Of a DNA stretch of 64,000 bases, positions 45,234 to 54,965 are shown piece by piece. The position numbers and the translations under genes are program-made. Source of the stretch: an uncultured Acidobacteriaceae bacterium (GTDB lineage Bacteria; Acidobacteriota; Terriglobia; Terriglobales; Acidobacteriaceae); assembly GCA_963818235.1 (NCBI GenBank), contig CAWFRI010000003.1, forward strand, positions 295,831 to 359,830, given 5' to 3'. The first letter of the stretch is position 1. Each line of letters opens with the position of its first letter. The notes below the pieces were generated by a model. The model did no database searches, was not told the origin of the DNA, and saw nothing but the letters and a program-made list of their open reading frames with translations.

Positions 45234-45606
45234 CGGTTACCGCCAAGCCGCTTCTATCGGCGCGAATTCCCGATCGCGCCTCCCAGATCACTCAGGAAAA
45301 GTAGAATTCCTAGAATGAGCGCCGTCAGCAAGGCAACGGCTGCAATCATTGCGGTCTGTTTCGAACTTCGTCCTCCGTCTGCCATTGTCTACCCCATAGG
45401 ACGCGCGAAATATTGCACAATCCCACGCTGAATGCAAGGTAAATGCTCATAGTGGGAATGGCCATCCCCGAATCAGTACGGATTGGGTTCGCCCTTGTTG
45501 CTTCCATACCCTCCCGGCTCATATACTCTGAACGTTTGCCCGCTCATTTCGGGAAGTCGTTCCCGGCGCAGGCCGACATTTCAGCGCAATAATTCCGGAG
45601 ACCATT

Positions 45607-46884
45607 ATGACCACGATGACCGCCCCACCGCACGTCGATAAAGAAAGTAATCCCTGGGAGTCGCAGCGGGCTCGCTTTGACCTCGCTGCCCAAAAACTCA
45701 ATCTCGACGACGGCCTGTGGCGCGTCCTGCGCTATCCCAACCGCGAGCTGACGGTCTACATCCCCGTCCAGATGGATGACGGCCACCTGGAAGTGTTCAC
45801 CGGATTTCGCGTTCAGCACTCCATTGCCCGCGGTCCGGCCAAAGGCGGCATTCGCTACGCTCCCGATGTCACCCTCGATGAAGTCCGCGCCCTCGCCAGT
45901 TGGATGACCTGGAAGTGCGCCGTGGTCAACATTCCCTTCGGTGGTGCCAAGGGCGGCGTGATTTGCGACCCTCATAAAATGTCCATGGGCGAAATCGAGC
46001 GCATGACCCGCCGCTACACCTCCGAACTAATCGAATTCATCGGCCCCGAAAAAGACGTTCCCGCCCCCGACGTCAACACTAACGAACAAATCATGGCCTG
46101 GATGATGGACACCTACTCCATGCACATGCGCCAGACGGTGACTGCCTGCGTCACCGGCAAGCCCATCAACATCGGCGGGTCCCGTGGACGGCGCGAAGCC
46201 ACCGGCCGCGGCGTAATGGTGGTATGCGATGAGGCTATCAAGAAACTCGGACTTTCGCGCGAGAGCAGCCGCGTGATTGTGCAAGGCTTTGGCAATGTTG
46301 GCTCCAACGCTGCACAGCTCATGCATCAGGCGGGATACAAAGTAATAGGCATCGCCGAAGTCGGCGGCGGCCTGTATAACAAGAATGGCATCGACTTGAA
46401 TAAGCTGGTCGAGTTCCGCCAGAAAAACGGAACCGTCCACGGCTTTCCTGACGCTGAAAAATACGATCCTGCCGAGTTGCTCACCACCGACTGCGAAATC
46501 CTCATTCCCGCGGCAACTGAAAACGTCATCACTTCGCGCAACGTCGACCGCGTGAAGTGCCGCATCCTGGCCGAAGGCGCAAATGGCCCTACCACCTCGG
46601 CAGCCGACGACGTTCTCACTGACAAAGGCGTCTTCGTCATTCCCGACATTCTCGCCAACGCTGGCGGTGTTACCACTTCTTACTTCGAATGGGTGCAGGA
46701 CCGCCAGGGTTATTTCTGGAAAGAGTCCGTTGTCAACGAGCAACTGGAAGAAATCATGATTTCTTCTTTCGGCGATGTGGTTCGCTACGCGGAAACTCAC
46801 AAGGTGAACAACCGGATCGCCGCCTACATGCTGGCCATCGATCGTGTGGCCTATACCATCCGCCAGCGCGGAATTTACGCGTAG
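45607..46884 (+). CDS. gdhA: glutamate dehydrogenase (Glu/Leu/Phe/Val dehydrogenase family)
   Basis: ...GPAKGGIRY... and ...[10 protein letters not shown]... active-site motifs. Rossmann GFGNVG motif ([12 protein letters not shown]). Confidence 0.92.
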   Translation: MTTMTAPPHVDKESNPWESQRARFDLAAQKLNLDDGLWRVLRYPNRELTVYIPVQMDDGHLEVFTGFRVQHSIARGPAKGGIRYAPDVTLDEVRALASWMTWKCAVVNIPFGGAKGGVICDPHKMSMGEIERMTRRYTSELIEFIGPEKDVPAPDVNTNEQIMAWMMDTYSMHMRQTVTACVTGKPINIGGSRGRREATGRGVMVVCDEAIKKLGLSRESSRVIVQGFGNVGSNAAQLMHQAGYKVIGIAEVGGGLYNKNGIDLNKLVEFRQKNGTVHGFPDAEKYDPAELLTTDCEILIPAATENVITSRNVDRVKCRILAEGANGPTTSAADDVLTDKGVFVIPDILANAGGVTTSYFEWVQDRQGYFWKESVVNEQLEEIMISSFGDVVRYAETHKVNNRIAAYMLAIDRVAYTIRQRGIYA

Positions 46885-46892
46885 GAGGTTTT

Positions 46893-47243
46893 ATGAAGCC
46901 GATGAATCAGAAGCTGGTAGCGCGCCTATTGCCACTGCTGTTGGTCTTGTTCTTAATGCCGGCAGCAATAACCGTTCGAGCAGATGCAAAGGCTGCTCCC
47001 ATTCCGCAGTCCGCAGCCGCCGACAAGCTTGACCTCAACACCGCAACCGCCGACCAACTCAAAGCCTTGCCTGGCATCGGCGACGCCTACTCGCAGAAAA
47101 TCATTGCCGGCCGTCCTTATCGCACCAAACTCGACCTCGTCCATAAAAAGATTATTCCCCAAGCTACTTACGATAAGATCAAAGACCAAATCATTGCCAA
47201 GCAGCCGAAACCCGGCGCCATGACTCCAACCCCGCCGAAATAG
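46893..47243 (+). CDS. ComEA-like helix-hairpin-helix DNA-binding protein (secreted)
   Basis: ATG at 46893 preceded by AGGAGG. Signal peptide, then ...[31 protein letters not shown]... HhH motif. The longer ORF-track form (46689) overlaps gdh and is rejected. Confidence 0.8.
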   Translation: MKPMNQKLVARLLPLLLVLFLMPAAITVRADAKAAPIPQSAAADKLDLNTATADQLKALPGIGDAYSQKIIAGRPYRTKLDLVHKKIIPQATYDKIKDQIIAKQPKPGAMTPTPPK

Positions 47244-47419
47244 GCGCGAGACTTATGCAGGGACACCCGCCCTCGGCTGTCCGCCACGCAGCAGGCACTC
47301 GCCTACAAAACTCAAACCTTTGTGTCCGCTTGCGGACTCCTTCCGATTGCGTTCCCCCGCACCGTGGAGGATAATCAAAACTGACTTCCGGTGCCCTTCC
47401 GGAAATCTCCCGAGCTGCG

Positions 47420-48088
47420 GTGAATCTGCCTAATTCCATCACGCTGGTGCGCATCTGTAGTATCCCTCTGTTGATCTGGATTTTGTCTTCCAACCATTTC
47501 ACCAGCGATCACGGCGCTAAAGAATTGCTTGCCTCAGCCATCTTCATCGCCGCTTCCATGACCGACGGCATTGACGGCTACCTGGCCCGCAAGCGCGGAC
47601 AGATCACCACCATGGGCATTCTGCTCGATCCCATGGCCGATAAACTTCTCATCGCCGCCGCCTTTGTTGTTTTGGTCCAATTTAATCCCAGCCTCGTTCC
47701 CGCGTGGATCGCCGTCATCATCATCGGTCGTGAATTTTTAGTAAGTGGCCTGCGTTCCATCGCGGCCTCCGGCGGTTTTACCATCGAAGCCAGCGAGTTG
47801 GGCAAATTCAAAATGGTGGTGCAGATTATCTCCGTCGTTGCCGTCATTCTCGACCATCGCTGGAAAGAGTGGCCAGTTTACGGCAACTTTATCTTTCCTG
47901 TCCACTGGATCGCCTATACAGCCATCTGGTTCGTGGTCTGTGTCTCTCTGATTTCTGCGGTAGATTATTTCGCCGCCTTCTGGTCGAAGATTGATCGCCA
48001 GGTTTCCAAGCGCCGCCGCCGTCGTGCGTTCATTCTAAGCCGCCGCAGCAAACCGCAACCGGCTCAAGATGCCGCTCCCACCACATAA
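47420..48088 (+). CDS. pgsA: CDP-diacylglycerol--glycerol-3-phosphate 3-phosphatidyltransferase
   Basis: MNLPNSITLVRI... N-terminus and the CDP-alcohol phosphotransferase motif DGIDGYLARK...G...D...AD. GTG start. Confidence 0.88.
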   Translation: MNLPNSITLVRICSIPLLIWILSSNHFTSDHGAKELLASAIFIAASMTDGIDGYLARKRGQITTMGILLDPMADKLLIAAAFVVLVQFNPSLVPAWIAVIIIGREFLVSGLRSIAASGGFTIEASELGKFKMVVQIISVVAVILDHRWKEWPVYGNFIFPVHWIAYTAIWFVVCVSLISAVDYFAAFWSKIDRQVSKRRRRRAFILSRRSKPQPAQDAAPTT

Positions 48089-48659
48089 TTCGCCGTCCCC
48101 TGTCGCGTCCTCCACCGAAGAATTCTTTCCCGAAGAGCGCGCCCTGCTTTTGCATCTGGCTCATGACTCCATCTCTTCCGCGCTCGAAGGCAACCCCATC
48201 CTTCTTGAATCGCCCACCCCGCATCTCGCTGAAATGCGCGGTGCATTCACTTCGCTTTACTTGGCTGGCAAATTGCGCGGCTGTGTTGGCTACGTACTCC
48301 CCACCACCTCGCTCTACCGCGCCGTTGCCGAGACTGCCCGCGCCGCCGCCTTCAACGACAATCGCTTTCCGCCCGTCACCGCCGACGAGGCTCCGCATCT
48401 CGAAATCGAGTTAAGCATTCTCACACCGCCGCAACCAATTCTTCCCCAAGCCATCGAAATCGGACGCCACGGCCTCCTCATCAGCCAGCACGGCCGTCGT
48501 GGACTTCTGCTGCCACAGGTCGCCGTCGAACACAAATGGGATGCCGCGATCTTTCTTGAACAAACCTGCCACAAAGCCGGACTCCCTCCCGGTGCGTGGC
48601 AGAAAGGCGCATCCATCCTGGCCTTCACCGCAGAAATCTTCGGCGACGAATCTACCTAA
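48069..48659 (+). CDS. AMMECR1 domain protein
   Basis: ...GAFTSLYLAGKLRGCVGY... and ...GRHGLLISQHGRRGLLLPQVA... are the two AMMECR1 signature regions. 20-nt overlap with pgsA. Confidence 0.85.
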   Translation: MPLPPHNSPSPVASSTEEFFPEERALLLHLAHDSISSALEGNPILLESPTPHLAEMRGAFTSLYLAGKLRGCVGYVLPTTSLYRAVAETARAAAFNDNRFPPVTADEAPHLEIELSILTPPQPILPQAIEIGRHGLLISQHGRRGLLLPQVAVEHKWDAAIFLEQTCHKAGLPPGAWQKGASILAFTAEIFGDEST

Positions 48660-48812
48660 ATCGTCGCACCAACTTCATCCGACAGTCGCAAATCTTCACC
48701 GCCGGTTCCCCCGAGCGTTACTCCAGTTACTTCGAACGTTGAGCCGATCCCTACAGTGCTCCCGCATCCTTGCCGATAAAACGTTAAAGCCGCAAATCGC
48801 CTGGGAGGCCGA

Positions 48813-51041
48813 ATGCTTCTTCTTGCACCAATCACACCCCGTCACTCATTTTTCTTATTCTTAACAATTTTCTTAGCATTCCTCTCTCAGGACCTGCCTG
48901 CCCTTGCCCAGCCTCCAGTCGATCCTTCGCAAGCAAGTCCTCCTAACCCGCTTTTCGCTCAGCCCCAAGACCGCATTACCGGCTTCGTTGACGACGAACA
49001 ACGCATCACTCTCACTGGTAACCGCCATCCTCTGGCCATTTCGCGCTACGATGCGGGCAAGGTAGACCCCGACTTTCGCATGGAGCACATGCTCCTCACC
49101 TTGCTGCCTGACGCCGCTCAACAAGATGCACTCAGCCAGTTACTCGACGCGCAGCATAATCCTGAGTCTCCTTCCTACCATCAATGGCTCACGCCTGAAC
49201 AATATGGCGAGCGCTTCGGCGTCTCCGAAACTGACGCCACCCAGATCGCCGCATGGCTGCAGCAGCATGGCATGGAAGTTGAGGAAGTCAGCGCCGGTCG
49301 CCGATCGATTGTATTCAGCGGCTCTGCGGCGCAGGTCGAAACGGCCTTCCACACCCAAATTCACACCTACAAGATCGGCGATGAGATTCGTCACGCTAAC
49401 GCCAGCAATCCTGAAATTCCGGCAGCATTTGCCGCCGTCGTTGGAGGCATTGTCTCCCTGCACGATTTTCGCAGCGCTCCCATGAACAACGGAACTCGCA
49501 TCCCCGTCCCAGACTTCACTAGCGGAGGCTCCTACTATCTCGCCCCTGCCGATTTCGCAACCATCTACGATCTCACTCCGCTCTATCAGCAAGCCATCAC
49601 CGGCAGCGGACAGTCGATCGCCATCGTGGCCCGTTCCAACATCAACCTCGCCGATGTTCGCCAGTTCCGCACCTCATTCGGCCTTCCCGCTAACGATCCA
49701 CAAATCATCGTCAATGGCGCCGATCCGGGTATCTCCAACTCCGGCGAGGAAACCGAAGCTGACCTCGATGCCGAGTGGTCTGGCGCGGTAGCAAAAGGTG
49801 CGGCGATCAAGTTTGTGGTTTCGAAATCCACGAATTCCAGCGACGGCAGTTATCTCTCCGCGCAGTACATTGTGACTCACAATCTCGCGCCGGTCATGAG
49901 CATGAGTTTCGGCCTCTGCGAATCTGCCCTCGGCTCCTCCGGAAACAGCTTCATCAACAGTCTCTGGCAACAGGCGGCTGCCCAAGGCATTACAGTCTTC
50001 GTGTCCGCGGGTGACAGCGGTGCAGCTGGGTGCGATTCCGCCCCTACCTCTCGTGCCACTCACGGACTCGGCGTCAACGGCCTCTGCTCTTCGCCTTACA
50101 GCGTCTGCGTCGGCGGTACCGAGTTCAACGATACCGCCCATCCTTCGCTCTATTGGCTCTCGTCGAACGCTTCGGGCACGCAGTCCTCCGCCGTAACTTA
50201 CATTCCGGAAGTGGCCTGGAACGAAAGCAATTCGGGCGGTCTGTGGGCGACCGGTGGCGGCAAAAGCACGCTCTATGCCAAGCCTTCCTGGCAAGCCGAA
50301 GCCGGAGTTCCTGCCGATGGCAAGCGCGACGTCCCAGATGTTTCTCTCAGCGCCGCCGGACACGACGGCTATCTCATCTATCAGAATGGCGCGCTCTACG
50401 TGGTCGGAGGAACTTCCGCCGCAGCGCCATCATTCGCCGGAACAATGGCATTAGTCGTTCAACACTCAAACACACGCCAGGGCAATGCCAACCCTTCGTT
50501 CTATTCGTTGGCCACGAAACAGCGGGCGGGCGGAGCTTCTACTTTTCATGACATTACCAGCGGTAACAACAGCGTCCCCGGACAAACTGGTTTCAACGCC
50601 ACGACAGGATATGACCAGGCCACCGGCCTTGGCTCCATCGATGCTTCCGTCCTTGTCAGCCACTGGAGCGACGCCACGGCTACGCCCTCATTTCACGCGG
50701 GCGCCTCCGCCAGTTCTCTCACAGTGAAAGATGGATCGAACAACAGCGTCAATCTGACAGTCACGACTAGCGGCGGCTTCAACTCGGCCGTCGCCTTCTC
50801 TGTTGCCGGATTGCCCACTGGAGTCTCGGCTAGCTTCACGCCCGCAACTTTGTCCGCGCCCGGTTCAGGATCGAGCATTCTTAAACTGACTGCAACCAGC
50901 AGCGTCAAATCCGGAACCTATTCAGCTACAGTATCCGCAACCAACGGCAGCACGCGGCAGCAAGTGCCGCTTACCGTCATTATCACCAGCGCGGCTCACT
51001 TAAAACAGAACAGCGAAAAGAAGATTCAGAATGATGATTAA
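48813..51041 (+). CDS. S53 family (sedolisin/kumamolisin-like) serine peptidase with pro-domain and C-terminal Ig-like region
   Basis: Pro-kumamolisin activation domain (...SPSYHQWLTPEQYGERFG...). Catalytic region with ...EADLD... and ...GGTSAAAPSFAG... (Ser nucleophile). Signal peptide; GGGAGG RBS. Confidence 0.88.
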   Translation: MLLLAPITPRHSFFLFLTIFLAFLSQDLPALAQPPVDPSQASPPNPLFAQPQDRITGFVDDEQRITLTGNRHPLAISRYDAGKVDPDFRMEHMLLTLLPDAAQQDALSQLLDAQHNPESPSYHQWLTPEQYGERFGVSETDATQIAAWLQQHGMEVEEVSAGRRSIVFSGSAAQVETAFHTQIHTYKIGDEIRHANASNPEIPAAFAAVVGGIVSLHDFRSAPMNNGTRIPVPDFTSGGSYYLAPADFATIYDLTPLYQQAITGSGQSIAIVARSNINLADVRQFRTSFGLPANDPQIIVNGADPGISNSGEETEADLDAEWSGAVAKGAAIKFVVSKSTNSSDGSYLSAQYIVTHNLAPVMSMSFGLCESALGSSGNSFINSLWQQAAAQGITVFVSAGDSGAAGCDSAPTSRATHGLGVNGLCSSPYSVCVGGTEFNDTAHPSLYWLSSNASGTQSSAVTYIPEVAWNESNSGGLWATGGGKSTLYAKPSWQAEAGVPADGKRDVPDVSLSAAGHDGYLIYQNGALYVVGGTSAAAPSFAGTMALVVQHSNTRQGNANPSFYSLATKQRAGGASTFHDITSGNNSVPGQTGFNATTGYDQATGLGSIDASVLVSHWSDATATPSFHAGASASSLTVKDGSNNSVNLTVTTSGGFNSAVAFSVAGLPTGVSASFTPATLSAPGSGSSILKLTATSSVKSGTYSATVSATNGSTRQQVPLTVIITSAAHLKQNSEKKIQNDD

Positions 51042-51063
51042 GTAGGAGGATCGCGGATTTTTC

Positions 51064-51540
51064 TTAGACTGTGACGGGTGTCTGCATCGCGGAAACCACG
51101 GCTTCCAAATGAGCCAGAGTTTCCTCGACCGTGAGCGAGTACATCTCGCGGCCCAAACCTTCGCCAGCCGCAAGCGCAGTTTGCAGGTAGTGTCCGGCAA
51201 TTTCTACGGCTAAAGAATCTGTGATTGCCTTGCCCGTGCGCTTCTTATATTCCACCCACGCGGGATGCGGCAGCGCCACCCAGACCACTTTTCCATCGAC
51301 CAGAAATTTAATATCTACCGCGTCGGCATGACGCGTAGCTATGGCAACGATCAACGCCTGGTACACGCAATGTACCTGCTTCTTCGTCCAACGGTCGGTA
51401 GCCGTAAAATCTCCGAACATAGCAAAACTATAGCGGACGGAGAGCGCCCCGAGCAAATGGCGACTCCTCCGGAAATTCTCATGTACGGCCAGCCCCTCGG
51501 CTGTCCGTCGAGCGAAGCTCGACATTTTTTGCCCCGCCAC
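51064..51540 (-). CDS. hypothetical protein (about 153-158 aa) downstream of the MoaD/ThiS-like gene
   Basis: ORF starts 18 nt after the MoaD-like stop (GTG at 51540, or ATG at 51525). No domain recognised. Confidence 0.5.
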   Translation of the reverse strand: MAGQKMSSFARRTAEGLAVHENFRRSRHLLGALSVRYSFAMFGDFTATDRWTKKQVHCVYQALIVAIATRHADAVDIKFLVDGKVVWVALPHPAWVEYKKRTGKAITDSLAVEIAGHYLQTALAAGEGLGREMYSLTVEETLAHLEAVVSAMQTPVTV

Positions 51541-51558
51541 TACATCTAAACAACCAAC

Positions 51559-51867
51559 TCAAATGCACCCGCCAGCAATCGCTCCAATGATAAGAAGAGG
51601 CTCCGCTCCAGAAGCGACCGCGCTAGGCAGTGGCGTATCCGGCGACTCATGCGATACATCTTCCTCGCTTGCGAAGAATCGCAAAAAGGCCCGGCGCTCC
51701 TTCGTTACATGGTCGCGAATCGTTCCACGCAACATCGGATATCGAAGTTCAAGTGTGTCCAGCACCGACCGCAGAGTCGCCGTCCCTTGCACTTCAATCT
51801 GTACCTCGTTGCCCACTCCGGCCAACGTTCGAAGATGTTGGGGCAGGATGATTCTTATGGCGCTCAT
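51559..51867 (-). CDS. MoaD/ThiS-family ubiquitin-like beta-grasp protein, C-terminus ...AGGCI
   Basis: ...[19 protein letters not shown]...[22 protein letters not shown]...[39 protein letters not shown] matches the MoaD/ThiS-like family pattern. The Gly-Gly is followed by two extra residues (Cys-Ile). Confidence 0.75.
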   Translation of the reverse strand: MSAIRIILPQHLRTLAGVGNEVQIEVQGTATLRSVLDTLELRYPMLRGTIRDHVTKERRAFLRFFASEEDVSHESPDTPLPSAVASGAEPLLIIGAIAGGCI

Positions 51868-52095
51868 TTCATCAAATCCTCGGTCATTTCTGCCTTCTAC
51901 AGGAAATCCCTGAGTCGTATCGGCAATACGCCGGATAGCACCAAACCTCAGCTTCCGCCATCTTAATCGCTTAGTATCGACAATAGAGGTTTGAAGAAAT
52001 CATAGAGGCTGAGTGCGCGATTTTCGTAATTATCGAAACCGCTGGCTGATGCAACGTTTTCCCCGCTCACTGAACCTTAACTCTCTGGAGAAACG

Positions 52096-53605
52096 ATGGC
52101 GACGGCCAGTGATGCAAAAAATGCGCAACTAGATGCATCCACCGACTCGCGAGTCAGCAGCGGTTGCGCTGGTTTGGACAACATTCTCAATGGCGGTTTC
52201 CCCTGTGGCCGTCTGTATCTCATAGAGGGCGACCCCGGCGCCGGAAAAACCACTTTAGCCTTGCAATTTGCCCGCGAGGGTATTCGCAACGGCGAACGGG
52301 CTCTCTACATCACTCTCTCCGAGTCTCGCGCCGATCTCGCCCATGCTGCCCACTCGCATGGACTCACGCTCGACAATGTTGAGATCATCGAGTTGCTGCC
52401 CAGCGAAGGCGATCTCATGCCGGAACAGCAGTACACAGTTTTTCATCCTGCGGAAGTCGAGCTCAGCGACCGCATGCAGCGCATCGTAAAAGAAATTCAA
52501 CGCGTTCGCCCCGACCGCTTGGTCATCGACGCGCTCAGCGAACTGCGCATGCTGGCCAAAGATCCCCTAACGCTACCGCCGCCAGATTCTATCCCTGAAA
52601 GATTTCATGTCCAGTCAGGAATGCACCGTGATCCTGCTCGATGACCGCAGCTCCCGCGATCCCGACCTTCAATTGCACAGCATCGTGCACGGTGTCATCA
52701 GCATGGATAAGGTCCCCCGGGAATACGGAAAAACCCGGCGGCAAATCGAAATCGTAAAGTTGCGCGGCACTCCTTACCGCGAAGGCTTTCACGATTATTC
52801 GATCGTCACCGGCGGCGTAGTAGTCTTCCCGCGACTGATTGCGGCCGACTCTCGTTCCGAGCAGCCGCCCGAACCGGTTTCCAGCGGCATCCCCGAACTC
52901 GATTCCCTCACCGGCGGAGGCCTCGATCGTGGCACCAGCACTCTTCTCATCGGTCCGGCCGACTGCGGCAAAACCAGCCTCGCCGTGCAATGGGCCGTCA
53001 CTGCCGCAAAACGCGGAGAATGCTGCGCTATTTTTTCCTTCGAGGAAGCGCCTAATACCATGATGACCCGCGCTTCCGGTCTGGGAATCGACCTTCGTCC
53101 GCACCTGGCTAGCGGCAAAATCGTTATCAAGCGCGTCGATCCCGCCGAGCTCTCTCCCGGCGAACTAGTCGCTTCTCTCCAACAGCACGTCGAGCAGGAG
53201 AACGTTCGCATGGTCGTACTCGATAGCCTCAACGGCTACTTGCAATCTATGCCCGGCGAGCAGTTCCTCGCCGTTCATCTCCACGAACTCCTCGCGTACC
53301 TCGGCAATCGCGGTGTGCTCACTCTCATGGTCCTCGCGCAAGCCGGCACCATCGGATGGCCGCTTCAAAGTGCCGTCGACGTCAGCTACCTCGCCGACAA
53401 CATTTTGCTCCTCCGTTATTTTGAGAACCAAGGCGAAGTTCGCCAGGCGATCTCTACCATCAAACGGCGCAGTGGCAGTCACGAACACTCAATCAGGGAA
53501 CTCAAGCTGGGACCGGATCGGATTCGCATTGGGTCGCCTCTGCATGACTTTCAGGGGGTGCTTACTGGCACCCCGACGTTTCTCGGCGGTGCCAGGGAGA
53601 ACTAG
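52096..53605 (+). pseudogene. KaiC-like double RecA-domain ATPase, split by a 1-nt frame disruption near 52569-52570
   Basis: ORFs 52096..52644 and 52607..53605 together form a two-domain KaiC homologue, with Walker A GDPGAGKTT and GPADCGKTS. The second frame read upstream of its ATG gives RYRRQILSLKDFMSSQECTVILLDD. This continues ...LSELRMLAKDPL of the first frame if one A of CTAACGC is removed. Confidence 0.8.
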
Positions 53606-53653
53606 AGCGGAGAGAACGGGACCGCGGAGAACGAGAAAGGCAGTGAAGAAAAA

Positions 53654-54943
53654 GTGACGGCAACTTCTCTCCATGGCGACTATCGTGTGCTGGTGCTCGC
53701 ACCCTTTGGTAAAGACGCTGTACTTGTGCGCGAAGTCTTGGAGCGTTCCGGAATTCCAGTCGGAGTTGTCGGAGATGTGGCCGCAATCGCCCGCTGCGTG
53801 GGCGGTGGTGCGGGAGTTGCGATTGTTGCCGAAGAGTCCCTCAACGAAGAAGGCATCGAGTTGCTGGGACGCAGCGTCAGCGCACAGCCCACCTGGTCCG
53901 ACTTTCCCATCATCGTTCTTACCGGTGGCGGCGCCACCACTCCTTACACCGAGATGATGGTGCGCTCGCGCACTCCCATGGGAAATCTCAATCTCATCGA
54001 GCGGCCGCTGCGCCCGGCCACGCTCATCAGCAGCGTCCGCACCGCTATCCGCTCGCGCCTCAGGCAATACGAAATTCGCGATCACCTCGAGGAGCGCGAA
54101 CAGGTCGAAGAAGAATTACGCCGCACACATGACGAGCTCGAGTCGCTCGTAGAAAAACGTACCATGGCTTTGCGCAAACTTTCCGCCCGGCTCATGCGCG
54201 TTCAGGACGAAGAACGCCGCCGGATTGCCCGTGAACTCCACGACGGCCTTGGCCAGTGGCTGGCCGCAGCTCAAATCAATGTCGATATGGTCCTTCTCCG
54301 CGAGGGCGCGAAGTCTTCAGCCATGCTCCAGGAAACCCGCAAGCTCATCGATCACGCCGTCTCCAGCATCCGCACCATGTCATATCTTCTGCACCCGCCG
54401 TTGCTGGACGAAGCTGGCTTCGAGGCCGCCGCCCATTGGTTTATCGACGGCTTCTCCCGCCGTACCGCCATGACAATCAAGACAAATTTCTCCCACCCCG
54501 ATGACCTGCCGAAAGGATTATCGAAATCTCCCCGCATGCCTGAAGTCGTCGAACTCGCTTTGTTTCGTGCTTTGCAGGAAGGTCTCACCAACGCCCATCG
54601 CCACTCGGCCAGCCCCAATGTCGAAGTGAAATTTCAGCGCCTTCCCGATCGCGCTATTTTGGAAATTCAGGATTTCGGCCGCGGCCTTCCTCAGGCGGTT
54701 ATGGATCGCTTCCAGCGTACCGGCACCGGCGTTGGCCTCGCTGGCACTCGCGAGCGGGTCAAAGAGCTTGGCGGCGATTTCACTATTGCATCCAACGACC
54801 GCGGCACAACTCTTCGGTCGGAAGTTCCACTCTCCGAGGATGATGAAGATCAAGTCCAGCCCGCACCGGTCCCCGCAGCCAGGGAAGCTACCTCTTCGAA
54901 ATCGCGCCGCGAGAATCTCGCAATAAACACACCCCGCATTTAA
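53654..54943 (+). CDS. histidine kinase (HisKA_3/NarL-partner type) with N-terminal degenerate receiver domain
   Basis: ...ERRRIARELHDGLGQ... H-box and a HATPase_c region (...LQEGLTNAHRHS..., ...DFGRGL..., ...GVGLAGTRERV...). The N-terminal ~120 aa has receiver-like topology but APFGKD replaces the acidic pair, AIVAEE replaces the phospho-Asp and ERPLRP replaces KP. Confidence 0.85.
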   Translation: MTATSLHGDYRVLVLAPFGKDAVLVREVLERSGIPVGVVGDVAAIARCVGGGAGVAIVAEESLNEEGIELLGRSVSAQPTWSDFPIIVLTGGGATTPYTEMMVRSRTPMGNLNLIERPLRPATLISSVRTAIRSRLRQYEIRDHLEEREQVEEELRRTHDELESLVEKRTMALRKLSARLMRVQDEERRRIARELHDGLGQWLAAAQINVDMVLLREGAKSSAMLQETRKLIDHAVSSIRTMSYLLHPPLLDEAGFEAAAHWFIDGFSRRTAMTIKTNFSHPDDLPKGLSKSPRMPEVVELALFRALQEGLTNAHRHSASPNVEVKFQRLPDRAILEIQDFGRGLPQAVMDRFQRTGTGVGLAGTRERVKELGGDFTIASNDRGTTLRSEVPLSEDDEDQVQPAPVPAAREATSSKSRRENLAINTPRI

Positions 54944-54965
54944 TGAACAAGCGCTTTTGCCCGCA

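Noticed and set aside
46027-46800. 257-aa antisense ORF inside gdh
   Set aside because: Antisense frame of a highly conserved gene.
46689-46892. N-terminal extension of the ComEA-like ORF overlapping gdh
   Set aside because: It is out-of-frame read-through of the gdh 3' end. An AGGAGG RBS and signal peptide begin at 46893.
49674-50363. 229-aa antisense ORF inside the S53 peptidase gene
   Set aside because: Antisense artefact.
52589-54085. Minus-strand ORFs (171, 145, 107 and 198 aa) across the kaiC-like and kinase genes
   Set aside because: Antisense artefacts. They do not explain the kaiC frame break, which is resolved by the plus-strand frames.
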